64,000 nucleotides of DNA from an uncultured Acidobacteriota bacterium (GTDB taxonomy: Bacteria; Acidobacteriota; Terriglobia; Terriglobales; Acidobacteriaceae), in contig CAWJGD010000027.1 of assembly GCA_963842345.1 (NCBI GenBank), positions 77,383 through 141,382 on the forward strand, in the 5' to 3' direction. The notes beneath the pieces were generated by a model that saw only the letters and a list, made by a program, of their open reading frames with translations, had not been told where the DNA came from and did not search any database. The position numbers were made by a program, and so were the translations under genes. Positions 11,923 through 20,790 of the stretch are shown piece after piece (the first letter of the stretch is position 1; each line of letters starts with the position of its first letter).

Positions 11923-13296
11923 ATGGCACAAGGCAACGTGGCACAAGTCGTCGATGAAAAGCAGGTCATGAACAAGATTTTTTGGCGGCTGACACCGTTA
12001 ATGGTGTTCCTGTACATCGTCTCGTACCTCGACCGGGTGAATGTCGGCTTCGCCGCATTGACGATGAATAAGGATATCGGACTCAGTCCGTACATGTATG
12101 GATTGGGCGCGGGCATTTTCTTTTGGGGGTACTTCATTTTTGAGATTCCCAGCAACCTGATCATGGCCAAGGTCGGCGCGCGAATATGGATTGCCCGTAT
12201 TCTTTTCACCTGGGGTCTGGTCGCCATCGCCATGGCTTGGGTTCAAGGACCCAAGAGCTTCTTGTGCATGCGATTCATCCTGGGCGTCGCCGAGGCAGGC
12301 TTCTTCCCTGGGGTGATTCTCTACTGGACTTATTGGTTCCCGGCCCGCTACCGGGCACGAATTATTTCCTACTTCATGTTGGCGATTCCGCTTTCGTTTG
12401 GCATTGGTGGGCCGATTTCGACCGGGATCATGCATTTGATGAACGGAGCCCTCGGCCTCAAGGGTTGGCAATGGCTCTTCATCATGGAGGGAGCGCCGGC
12501 GCTGCTGCTGCCCATCGTTGTGTACTTATGGCTGCCGGATAGGCCTAAGGACGCAAAGTGGCTCGACGAGGCCGAGAAAAGCTGGCTAGAGCATGAGTTG
12601 GAAGCGGATCGTGAACAGGTTTCTGTAAAGAAGACCGAGACTAGCGTGAAAAAAACCTTGATGAGTCCGATGGTCTGGGCGCTATGCATTATGTATTTCG
12701 CCCGCACCGGTTCCAATTATGGCCTCGGACTGTTCATGCCGCAAATCATCAAGGCGCAGGGCTACACCAACATGCAAACCGGTTGGATCATGGTCATTCC
12801 CTACGTCATCGGTTGCATCGCGATGGTGGCCTTCGGCTGGAGTTCCGATCGCCGCAAGGAACGCAAATGGCATTTGATTATCGCCTTCGTGCTCATCGTG
12901 GCCGGGCTGTGGGGAGCCGGTTTGGCCGGACGTACCACGCTTTCGCTTGCGGTGCTCTGCATCGCTACGATTGGCATTAACGGCAGCAATCCGCCATTCT
13001 GGCCGCTGCCATCCGCTTACCTGAAAGGTCCAGCCGCCGCCGCGGGCATTGCGCTTGTCAACTCGGTGGGCAATCTTGGCGGCTTTGCCGGTCCTTACAT
13101 GCTCGGCTGGGCCAAACAGTTCTCGACTAATTTCTCCAGCGGACTGTACATGCTTGGATGCCTGGGTGTGTTGGGAATGTTTGTCACGCTATTTGCCATT
13201 AAGAGTCAGAAGACGGACGCGCTAGCGCCACAAACGCCAGAGAAGAAGGCAACGATGCAAGCAGACAGATGGCAGAGGCGAAACTGCCGTAGATAA
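11923..13296 (+). CDS. MFS transporter, anion:cation symporter (ACS) family (aldonate/tartrate-type)
   Basis: ORF 11923..13296 has ~12 hydrophobic segments and the LDRVNVGFAAL and GVAEAGFFPG motifs. It is divergent from the dehydratase. The last ~9 codons run into the IS remnant. Confidence 0.85.
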   Translation: MAQGNVAQVVDEKQVMNKIFWRLTPLMVFLYIVSYLDRVNVGFAALTMNKDIGLSPYMYGLGAGIFFWGYFIFEIPSNLIMAKVGARIWIARILFTWGLVAIAMAWVQGPKSFLCMRFILGVAEAGFFPGVILYWTYWFPARYRARIISYFMLAIPLSFGIGGPISTGIMHLMNGALGLKGWQWLFIMEGAPALLLPIVVYLWLPDRPKDAKWLDEAEKSWLEHELEADREQVSVKKTETSVKKTLMSPMVWALCIMYFARTGSNYGLGLFMPQIIKAQGYTNMQTGWIMVIPYVIGCIAMVAFGWSSDRRKERKWHLIIAFVLIVAGLWGAGLAGRTTLSLAVLCIATIGINGSNPPFWPLPSAYLKGPAAAAGIALVNSVGNLGGFAGPYMLGWAKQFSTNFSSGLYMLGCLGVLGMFVTLFAIKSQKTDALAPQTPEKKATMQADRWQRRNCRR

Positions 13297-13600
13297 ACGC
13301 CTCGCTCCAGTCCAACAAGCCCTTGTGATTCAGTTCACCCAGAAACGTCCGCCAGATCGTCAGCCACACATCCTGCTCTTCCCAGTCGTGCAGTCGACGC
13401 CAACACGTCGCCGGGGAAGGATCCTCCGTCGGCAGATCCTGCCACCTCGCCGCACTACGCGCGATCCACAAAATGCCTTCCAGTACCCGGCGGCTATCCG
13501 ACCAGGGACGGCCTCCTCGCTTGCTCTTGCGCAACTTGGGCAGCAACGGCATGATCTTTTCCCACTGCCGGTCCGTCAACATCGGGCCGCCTCGTGGCAT
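13270..13600 (-). mobile_element. Truncated IS5-family transposase remnant (DUF4096-type N-terminus only)
   Basis: ORF 13199..13600 reads LTDRQWEKIMPLLP...GRPWSDSRRVLEGILWIARSAARWQDLP...CWRRLHDWEEQDVW...LDWSEAFIYGSF. This matches the first ~105 aa of IS5/IS4-type transposases. The DDE catalytic part is absent. Confidence 0.7.
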
Positions 13601-13837
13601 TCAAAGTTCCTCCTGCCACCTTATCGCCCAATGCCAACCGCCTCGCCAAGTACCGCCCTCGATTCAGAATCAGGTTATGAAACAGCTTCTAGTGAGCTGT
13701 CCCAGCGATAACGTTAGCTTTGATTCGCCATTGCGGATCAGTGATCGGAAAGTGGTTCCCAGAGAAGGAACTCGGACGCGCCAACGGTCTGGAGGATGAA
13801 CTCGGTTCAGGCGGCACGGTGATGGCCGCAGTCCACG

Positions 13838-14161
13838 CTAGGCTGCGGAGGCGGCGAGTGTGATGTCAGGGCTCGCGGAGACTGGTCCGGCCAGTCTGCG
13901 TGGCAGGTGCATGATGCGTTCCCACTGCAACCAGCAACGGTCGGCGGCGGCGGGAATCGGTGCCATCAGTTCGGCGGCCCGGCGCCACTCCAGCGCGGCC
14001 GTGATGGTGTATCCGTCCCGTTCGTCTCGCTGCGCCGCGTGGCCATATGCGATTCCGATCATGAGACCGGAGATAAGCGCCATCGCGTATCTCCAATCAA
14101 TCGTTCGCCGGGCAACCTTGGTATCCTGCTTTGCCACAATCTTCAAGTCTCCCACTCGCAT
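13838..14161 (-). CDS. Hypothetical single-pass membrane protein
   Basis: ORF 13838..14161 has an ATG preceded by the GGGAGAAAG Shine-Dalgarno-like sequence and one TM segment (AMALISGLMIGIAYG). I recognise no family. Confidence 0.35.
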   Translation of the reverse strand: MRVGDLKIVAKQDTKVARRTIDWRYAMALISGLMIGIAYGHAAQRDERDGYTITAALEWRRAAELMAPIPAAADRCWLQWERIMHLPRRLAGPVSASPDITLAASAA

Positions 14162-14374
14162 TCGCCACTTTCTCCCGGATGCCGCTCTTTCCCCGCGAGA
14201 GTTACGTGGCTGGTTCCACTACTGATAACCAAGGGCGGAGAGAAAAGTTCCTCAGGCGGATCAGGAGGGAAGAAAGAAAGATAGTTGGCGCTTGCCGCCC
14301 GCGCGGCGAAACGGCGTGGACTGGCTTACAGGAGCGGGTCTCCGCCCGGTGCTAATCCTGATAGGACGAAAGTG

Positions 14375-14390
14375 TCACATGGCGATGTGA
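14375..14390. promoter_or_regulatory. Perfect palindrome TCACAT-GGCG-ATGTGA upstream of crp (candidate operator)
   Basis: 6-bp arms with a 4-nt spacer, ~130 nt upstream of the Crp/Fnr start. Confidence 0.3.
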
Positions 14391-14468
14391 GCATTGTACT
14401 TGAGGCGGAGATGAAATCGTTGTTTATAGATATCCACGTTGGATTATCGAGTAGTGTGAGCGGTGAAT

Positions 14469-14486
14469 CCCGAGTAGTTACTCGGG
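14469..14486. promoter_or_regulatory. Perfect palindrome CCCGAGTA-GT-TACTCGGG upstream of crp (candidate operator)
   Basis: 8-bp arms with a 2-nt spacer, ~35 nt upstream of the Crp/Fnr start. The loop is too tight for a stable RNA hairpin. Confidence 0.3.
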
Positions 14487-14519
14487 GGCCATGCACCGTG
14501 AGCAAGGTAAGGTTTGCCG

Positions 14520-15257
14520 ATGCCATCATACGGGTTCGACATTATTGAAAGCTGTGCCGCCTGCACGATCAAAGGCGATAGAAGGTTCTGCGATCTGCCC
14601 GAGCGCACGCTCCACGCATTTGAGAACCTGAGATACACGACAGTTTTTCCCCGGGGCGCAGTTTTGTTCGCGGAGAGCCATGAACCGCGGGGCGTTTTCA
14701 TCCTATGCCGCGGCCGCGTCAAGCTTTCCTTCTCCTCGGCGGAGGGCAAGACGGTCATTATGAGAATCGCCGAGGCGGGAGAAGTGCTCGGCCTGAGCGC
14801 GACAGTCTCCGGCCAGCCCTATCTGGTGACCGCCGAGACGATCGAGTCCTGCCAGATCAACTTCATCAAGCGCGACGATTTTCTCCGCTTTCTGGCCGGC
14901 CACGCCGAAGCTTGCTTCCGCGTCGACCAGCAGTTGGCCGAAAAATACAATTACGCGTGCCGTGAATTGCGTTCGTTCAACATGGCGCAATCGGCCGCCG
15001 AGAAGGTCGCCAAACTGCTGCTGGACTGGATGATTCGCGCGGGGGAAGCAGAGCAGCCGGAACCACATTTCAGGCTCCTGCTTACCCACGAGGAGATGGG
15101 CCAGATGATCGCGGCATCACGCGAGACCGTGACCCGGGTGCTCATGGAGTTCAAGAAGCGGCACATTGTGCGGACCAAAGGAACGACTCTGATTGTTCGG
15201 AACAAGGAAGCCTTGAATTCCCTGGCCACCGCAACCCAGTTCATCAAACTGCGCTGA
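14520..15257 (+). CDS. Crp/Fnr-family transcriptional regulator
   Basis: ORF 14514..15257 (ATG at 14520) has a cNMP-binding beta-roll (FPRGAVLFAESHEPRGVFILCRGRVKLS...GEVLGL) and a C-terminal HTH (THEEMGQMIAASRETVTRVLMEFKK). Confidence 0.9.
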   Translation: MPSYGFDIIESCAACTIKGDRRFCDLPERTLHAFENLRYTTVFPRGAVLFAESHEPRGVFILCRGRVKLSFSSAEGKTVIMRIAEAGEVLGLSATVSGQPYLVTAETIESCQINFIKRDDFLRFLAGHAEACFRVDQQLAEKYNYACRELRSFNMAQSAAEKVAKLLLDWMIRAGEAEQPEPHFRLLLTHEEMGQMIAASRETVTRVLMEFKKRHIVRTKGTTLIVRNKEALNSLATATQFIKLR

Positions 15258-15278
15258 CTGCCGCAAGGTGAAGAGAAC

Positions 15279-15533
15279 ATGAGCGTGCGAATTGAACGTA
15301 TCCGCCCACGTTCCCCCAAAGGTGAACAGCCGTATCAGACAAAACGAGGAGACTACGAGCTCGCCGATCCGAGCTTAGGCCCTGAGTGGCACAAGGCGCA
15401 GAATGCTACCCGCGTAAAGACTCTTGAAGAGGCCGCCGATCTAATTGAGCATGGGGGTCTTGCAATTAGAATGTTTTGCCCAGGCAAACGTCCGTCTCTT
15501 ATTCGTCCGAGTGGGCTTCATATCCGACGTTGA
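15279..15533 (+). CDS. Small hypothetical protein downstream of crp
   Basis: ORF 15279..15533 has an SD-like AAGGTGAAGA upstream. No family is recognised. Confidence 0.3.
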   Translation: MSVRIERIRPRSPKGEQPYQTKRGDYELADPSLGPEWHKAQNATRVKTLEEAADLIEHGGLAIRMFCPGKRPSLIRPSGLHIRR

Positions 15534-15563
15534 GAATCTCAGCTGAGAACGTACAACGAAATC

Positions 15564-15631
15564 CCTCAGGGGCTAAAGCCCGCATTTTTTCGCGGTTGGG
15601 ACGGCACGGCTAAAAGCCGTGCCCCTTCAAA
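15564..15631. repeat. Repeat family C (double hairpin CCTCAGGGGCTAAAGCCC...GGCACGGCTAAAAGCCGTGCCCCTTCAAA); possible bidirectional terminator
   Basis: Colinear with 39056..39122 and 23565..23703. It lies between convergent genes. Confidence 0.8.
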
Positions 15632-15664
15632 GCGCCTCAAAGTCGAAGATTGTTTAGACCCGCT

Positions 15665-16498
15665 CTAGTAATCCAGCGGCAGTTGCTGGAGGTGCTCCAT
15701 GGTGAGCACGGGGCCCTCTTTGCAAACGTAGTGGGAGCCCACGTTGCAGCGCCCGCATTTGCCAACGCCGCACTTCATGCGGTTCTCAAGGCTGGTGTAA
15801 ACCGATGCCGGGCTGATCGCCATCTTCTGCAGCACGGGCAGTGTGTTCTTGATCATGATCGGCGGTCCAATCACCAGAACCACCGGGTCTTTGGACGATA
15901 CCTGTGCACGCTCGAAGACGGTGGGAACAAACCCGATGTCCCCTTTCCAGTCCGGGGTCTCGCCGCCCGGATCGACGCAGGTCACCACCCGCACGCGCTC
16001 GTGCTTTGCCCATTCCGCCAACTCGTCCACATAAACCAGATCAGCTACGGTGCGCGCGCCATAGACAACCGTGATCTCGCCGAAATCGGCGCGGTTTTCC
16101 AGGGCATACCAAACGGCGCAGCGAATCGGCGGCATGGCGATTCCGCCGCCGAGAAAGATCAGATCGTGCCCTTTCCACACATCCCACGGATAGCCGTTCC
16201 CGTAGGGCCCGCGGAAGCCGATGACGTCGCCGACTTCGATCTTCCACATGGCTTCGGTAACCCTGCCGACTTTGCGGAAACAGAACTCGATACGGTCTTT
16301 CCAGTTCGAACTCGAACAGATGTTGAAGGTCGATTCGCCGTATCCGAAGACGGAGAAGATGCCGAACTGGCCGACTTGAAACGAAAAAGTCCGGGCGCGC
16401 TCCGGATCAAGAAAGCGCAGGGCAACCGACTTGACGTCGATGGTTTGCTGGCGGACGGCGATCACTTCCATGAGTTCGGGTTTATAGATGTTGGCCAT
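15665..16498 (-). CDS. FAD/NAD(P)-binding [2Fe-2S] oxidoreductase, FlxA / sulfhydrogenase-gamma / AsrB-like
   Basis: ORF 15665..16498 has a ferredoxin-reductase-type fold (FRGPYGNG, LIFLGGGIAMPPI) and a C-terminal CGVGKCGRCNVG cluster motif. It overlaps the upstream gene by 17 nt. Confidence 0.85.
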   Translation of the reverse strand: MANIYKPELMEVIAVRQQTIDVKSVALRFLDPERARTFSFQVGQFGIFSVFGYGESTFNICSSSNWKDRIEFCFRKVGRVTEAMWKIEVGDVIGFRGPYGNGYPWDVWKGHDLIFLGGGIAMPPIRCAVWYALENRADFGEITVVYGARTVADLVYVDELAEWAKHERVRVVTCVDPGGETPDWKGDIGFVPTVFERAQVSSKDPVVLVIGPPIMIKNTLPVLQKMAISPASVYTSLENRMKCGVGKCGRCNVGSHYVCKEGPVLTMEHLQQLPLDY

Positions 16499-17492
16499 GT
16501 TGAATCTCAGTCAGCATGTTCAGCACGCCCAGGCCCACCGGGCAGTTGCGTACGCAATTACCGCAGCCGGTGCAGAGGATCTCGCCGAACTTTTCTGGAT
16601 AGATTGAAAACTTATGCAGAATGCGCTGCCGCTGACGCGCGGGTTGAAGCGCTCTCGGATTGTGTCCGGAGGCGTGAAGCGTGAAGATCGGGAACTGGCA
16701 TGTGTCCCAGGTCCTGACGCGAGCGTTGCCGGCGACTGCTCCGGCGTCGACGATGTCGAAGCAGTGGCACGTGGGACAGGAGTATGCGCAAACGCCGCAT
16801 GCCATGCAGGTTCGCCCATGCTCTGCCCAGAGCAAATCCTCGAAATGGCCGTCGACGAAAGCTCGAATCTTGCCGGGATCAAACTTGCGTTCGGGGGCCG
16901 GCGCGGCCTTTCCCGATTCCGCTGAAGTTTCAGTCTTGCCGGAGAACAGCGCTCGGCCTTTCGCGGTGATGCATCGCACCTCGTAACGGCCGCTGCCGAG
17001 GTCGAACAGAATCGCATCGCTGCCGCGAGTGTCGTCCGGAGCAAGGCCGACAGAGGCGCAGAAGCAAGATTCGTCCACCGCGCTACAGGCAACGGTAACA
17101 ATGGTGGTCGCGGCCCGGCGGCGGTTGTAAAAATCGTCCGCGAAATCCCAGTTGAATACATGGTCCAGGATGGGCAGGGCCGCCGCGTCGCACGGACGGG
17201 CAGCGATGATCAACTGCTCCGCGAACTCCGGGGCAGGCTCGATCAATTCTATGTTGCGGCCCCGTGTGCGGTATTGGTAAAGCGTTTCCTGCTTGGGAAA
17301 GAAGCACTCCTTGATGGAGTTGGCGGGACGCACGCCGCCGGGAGTGGACTCGATCAGCAGGGACTCGGGCGACTGCAGCGGCCTGTAGAGCACGCGATCC
17401 TTGATTCGAACCGGTCCGACGACCCGTTTGCCGCCGTCGATCCACTCGCCCGCAAGCTGCCGTAGCTTGGATTCCGTAATTAGCTCGCTCAC
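16482..17492 (-). CDS. 4Fe-4S dicluster protein, FlxB/C / sulfhydrogenase-beta / AsrA-like
   Basis: ORF 16482..17492 has cysteine motifs CMACGVCAYSCPTCHC and CTGCGNCVRNCP. It has an ATGA overlap with the upstream gene. Confidence 0.8.
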   Translation of the reverse strand: MSELITESKLRQLAGEWIDGGKRVVGPVRIKDRVLYRPLQSPESLLIESTPGGVRPANSIKECFFPKQETLYQYRTRGRNIELIEPAPEFAEQLIIAARPCDAAALPILDHVFNWDFADDFYNRRRAATTIVTVACSAVDESCFCASVGLAPDDTRGSDAILFDLGSGRYEVRCITAKGRALFSGKTETSAESGKAAPAPERKFDPGKIRAFVDGHFEDLLWAEHGRTCMACGVCAYSCPTCHCFDIVDAGAVAGNARVRTWDTCQFPIFTLHASGHNPRALQPARQRQRILHKFSIYPEKFGEILCTGCGNCVRNCPVGLGVLNMLTEIQHGQHL

Positions 17493-18787
17493 CCGATGAA
17501 CTCCTCTTTGTCCTGTTGCGAGAACGCACCGATCAGCATTTCCGCCGACGGGTCAACCCCCGCCTGATAAGCGAAGTGCTTTTTGGCGGCTCTGGCCAAC
17601 TGCATGTTCAGCAGTCCGAGGTCGATCCCCACCGGACAGGCCTGGGTGCACGCACCGCATCCGATGCAGCGGCCGGCAAGGTGAAAGGCCCGCGCGATGT
17701 GCCATGCGAAGTTTCCCTTGGTGCCCGGCGCCGGGTCGATACTGATGGGCTGGTTCTTATCCACGATGCAGCGCTCGCAGTAGCACATGGAACATACCTG
17801 GCGGCAGGCATAGCACTTCACGCAGCGATCGAACTCCTGCACCCAGAAGGCCATGCGCTCGCCGCGAGACATTGCCAGCAGCGAGTCCAGTTTGCCCGGC
17901 CGCGGAGTTGGCGTTTGATCGGGGACCTGCCCGATGGTAGTGTCCGCGAAACGAGGCGTTCGCACGCCGCAGTTCGCGCAACGCGGCTGCTCCATGCCGT
18001 CGCAGGCCATGCCGATGACGTGCAAATCCTTGCGTTCGAACTGCGATTCCTTTTCCAGCACCACCAGCGAGCGTTCATCGCAAGCCTTGACCACGATGGC
18101 CGCTCTGCCGAGCGCTTTGACCTCCTTGCGCTTGAGATACATCGCCAGGTTCGCGGTCGAGCGATTGTTCCAGACGAGCCGATCGGCATCCTCGGGCCGC
18201 GTCACCAGCACTGGACCACGCTCGCCATAACCGATCACCACCTTTACCGTGGCCTCGGCCAGCAGTTTGCGGGCTTCGGCGCGCAGTTCGTTCTCGGTGG
18301 CGAAGGTTTGCAACTGGAAAGGCTTCGGCTCCGGCTGCGGCAGGTCTTTTGCCAATGCCGGGGCCGCCGCGTAAAGCTCCGTGTACGGACCGAGCTTCCG
18401 CGTTTTTTCGGTGATGTCGGTAACGACCTGCTGGAATTTTTTGCCCTCGGCGGCGGAGATCCACGTGAAGTGAATGCGCTCAAGGTCAAACCCGAGCAGG
18501 TCGAGCAGCTCACGGAAGAGAATCCACCGCCGCCGGGCGTGGTAGTTGCCGGAGGTGTAGTGGCAATCGCCGGGATGGCATCCGGAGACGAGGACGGCGT
18601 CGGCACCGACTTCGAAGGCCTTGACGAGCAAGTTGAAATCAATGCGACCAGTGCAGGGCAGCCGGACGATGCGAATGTTCGGCGGATACTCTAGTCGTGT
18701 CGTACCCGCCAGATCGGCGCCCAGGTAGGTGCACCAGTTGCAGACGTAAGCCAGGATCTTCGGCTCAAATTGGGTCGCATCATTCAT
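17489..18787 (-). CDS. MvhD-domain protein (FlxD-like) fused to a C-terminal 2x[4Fe-4S] domain
   Basis: ORF 17489..18787. The N-terminus (ILAYVCNWCTYLGADLAG...VRLPCTGRID...GADAVLVSGCHPGDCHY) is the MvhD signature. The C-terminus carries CVKCYACRQVCSMCYC and CIGCGACTQACP. Confidence 0.8.
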   Translation of the reverse strand: MNDATQFEPKILAYVCNWCTYLGADLAGTTRLEYPPNIRIVRLPCTGRIDFNLLVKAFEVGADAVLVSGCHPGDCHYTSGNYHARRRWILFRELLDLLGFDLERIHFTWISAAEGKKFQQVVTDITEKTRKLGPYTELYAAAPALAKDLPQPEPKPFQLQTFATENELRAEARKLLAEATVKVVIGYGERGPVLVTRPEDADRLVWNNRSTANLAMYLKRKEVKALGRAAIVVKACDERSLVVLEKESQFERKDLHVIGMACDGMEQPRCANCGVRTPRFADTTIGQVPDQTPTPRPGKLDSLLAMSRGERMAFWVQEFDRCVKCYACRQVCSMCYCERCIVDKNQPISIDPAPGTKGNFAWHIARAFHLAGRCIGCGACTQACPVGIDLGLLNMQLARAAKKHFAYQAGVDPSAEMLIGAFSQQDKEEFIG

Positions 18788-20787
18788 GCCATGCTCTCGA
18801 CCATCGCGTAGATCTGCTGCTCGGTGAAGCCCTGCAGCTCAATGCTCTTGGAAGGACAAACGGAAACGCAGGTTCCGCAACCCATGCACAGGCCGGGATT
18901 CACCCGCGCCGTGTGCTTGATGAAAACGCCACGCCCGGTCCGCACTTCGGCGCGATCGATGGCGTGATAGGCGCAGGCCCGGAGGCAGGTGTAACAGGCC
19001 GCGCAGGTCTGTTCGCTAACGCCGGCGATCTCCGGTTCGCGGAGCAGGTGATCGGCCGCCAGCGTAATTTGCACTTTGCTGGCCGCCGCCGAAGCCTGCG
19101 CCACCGATTCGGGGATGTCCTTGGGCGCATGCACCGCGCCGGCGATGTAGATACCGGCCGTATTGGTCTCGACCGGTCGCAGCTTGGGGTGCGACTCCAG
19201 CAGGAAGCCATGCTCGTCATAGCCCACGTTCAGCTTCTGGGCAAGCTCCTCGATGCCGGGCGCCGGGCGCATGGCGGAGGCCAGCACCACCAGGTCGGCT
19301 TCCACCGTAATCGGCATTCCGGCCAGAGTGTCTGCGCCGCGCACGATCAACTTCCCGTTTTCCTGGGAGATTTTGGAAACCCGGCCGCGATAATAGTTTG
19401 CGCCGTCCTGTTCGATGGCGCGCCGCACAAACTCATCGTAGCCTTTGCCGCCGGAACGGATATCCATGTAGAAGACATGCGCTTGCCCGTCATGCACCTT
19501 GTGCTTGTAGAGCATGGTGTGCTTGGCGGTGTACATGCAGCAAATCTTGGAGCAGTAAGCGACGCCTTTCGCATTGTCGCGCGAGCCGACGCAGGCGATG
19601 AAGACCACGTTCTTGGGAATCGCGCCGTCCGAAGGCCTCTTCAGCACGCCGCCGGTCGGGCCGGAGGCGGATACCAGGCGCTCGAACTGGAGCGAATCGA
19701 TCACATCCTTATATTTGCCGTATCCGTATTCGCCGTAGCCGCTCAGCGATTTCTTGTCCTGCTCTTTGGAAATACTGTAGAGCGTGTAACCGGTGGCAAC
19801 TACGATGGCGCCAACGCTCTCCTCGACGAACTTCTCCTGGTCATTGAAGTCGATGGCCCCGGCCTTGCACTTCTTGGCGCAGATTTCGCAACCTTTGCCG
19901 CGCTTCAGCCGCGTGCAGTTGATCTTGTCAATCACGGGACGGGCCGGCACCGCCTGCGGAAACGGAATGAAGATCGCCGGGCGATTGCCCATGCCGTAAT
20001 CGAATTCGCTGGGATTCTTCTTGATCGGGCAACTGTTCCAGCAGTCGCCGCAGCCCGTGCACTTGCTCATGTCCACATAGCGGGGCTTCTGCCGGATCTT
20101 AACTTTGAAGTTGCCGATGAAGCCCTCGACGGCCTCCACCTCGGAGTAGCTGTAAAGCTTGATGCGCGGATGCTGGCCGACCTCGACCATGCGCGGAGTG
20201 AGAATGCACTGCGAGCAGTCCAAGGTGGGGAAGGTCTCGGAAAGGCCGGCCATCTTGCCGCCAATGGCAGGCTCGCGCTCCACCATCACCACTTCGTAGC
20301 CGGCGTCGGCGATATCGAGCGCCGCCTGAATTCCGGCGACACCACCGCCGATGACCATCGCACGGCGCGTCACCGGCACGCTGATGGGAGCCAGCGCCCG
20401 GTCGTTACGCACCTTCTGCACGGACATGCGGATAATATCGATCGCCTTGTTGGTGGCCGCCCCGCGGTCATGGTGTACCCACGAGCAATGCTCGCGGACG
20501 TTGGCCATCTCCACCAGGTATGGATTCAGTCCGGCGGTTTGCGCGGCTTTGCGGAAGGTCTTGAGGTGCATGTGCGGCGAACAGGAGGCGACGACGACGC
20601 CATCCAAACGCTCTGAGGCGATCTTTTCTCGCACGATGCCCTGTCCCGGGTCCGAGCACATGTACTTGTAGTTCAGGGAGCAGACGACACCAGGCAGCTC
20701 GCCAACCTGCTTGGCGACTTCATCCACGTCTACCGTGCGCGCGATATTCTCGCCGCACCAGCACGTAAAGACACCGATTCTGGACAT
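18784..20787 (-). CDS. hdrA: Heterodisulfide reductase subunit A-like flavoprotein
   Basis: ORF 18784..20787 (667 aa) has an FAD Rossmann motif (VIGGGVAGIQAALDIADAG), several Cys clusters (CTGCGDCWNSCP, CMGCGTCVSVCP) and the typical N-terminal CSPHMH/REHCSW region. Confidence 0.9.
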   Translation of the reverse strand: MSRIGVFTCWCGENIARTVDVDEVAKQVGELPGVVCSLNYKYMCSDPGQGIVREKIASERLDGVVVASCSPHMHLKTFRKAAQTAGLNPYLVEMANVREHCSWVHHDRGAATNKAIDIIRMSVQKVRNDRALAPISVPVTRRAMVIGGGVAGIQAALDIADAGYEVVMVEREPAIGGKMAGLSETFPTLDCSQCILTPRMVEVGQHPRIKLYSYSEVEAVEGFIGNFKVKIRQKPRYVDMSKCTGCGDCWNSCPIKKNPSEFDYGMGNRPAIFIPFPQAVPARPVIDKINCTRLKRGKGCEICAKKCKAGAIDFNDQEKFVEESVGAIVVATGYTLYSISKEQDKKSLSGYGEYGYGKYKDVIDSLQFERLVSASGPTGGVLKRPSDGAIPKNVVFIACVGSRDNAKGVAYCSKICCMYTAKHTMLYKHKVHDGQAHVFYMDIRSGGKGYDEFVRRAIEQDGANYYRGRVSKISQENGKLIVRGADTLAGMPITVEADLVVLASAMRPAPGIEELAQKLNVGYDEHGFLLESHPKLRPVETNTAGIYIAGAVHAPKDIPESVAQASAAASKVQITLAADHLLREPEIAGVSEQTCAACYTCLRACAYHAIDRAEVRTGRGVFIKHTARVNPGLCMGCGTCVSVCPSKSIELQGFTEQQIYAMVESMA

Positions 20788-20790
20788 GAT

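Noticed and set aside
15665-17492. Calling the last two genes of the hdr operon anaerobic sulfite reductase asrAB or sulfhydrogenase hydBG.
   Set aside because: - No siroheme subunit (AsrC) or NiFe hydrogenase subunits are adjacent.
- The genes are translationally coupled to mvhD-hdrABC, which fits the Flx-Hdr architecture better.
18697-20616. 639-aa ORF on the plus strand opposite hdrA. Similar long antisense ORFs are at 5365..6675, 10589..11611, 15650..16684, 17516..18694, 20794..21783, 23711..24790, 34730..35884, 45450..46757 and 53043..54119.
   Set aside because: - These are typical high-GC shadow ORFs.
- They are Arg/Gly/Ala/His-rich, low-complexity translations with no motifs.
- Each lies exactly antisense to a gene with strong family signatures.
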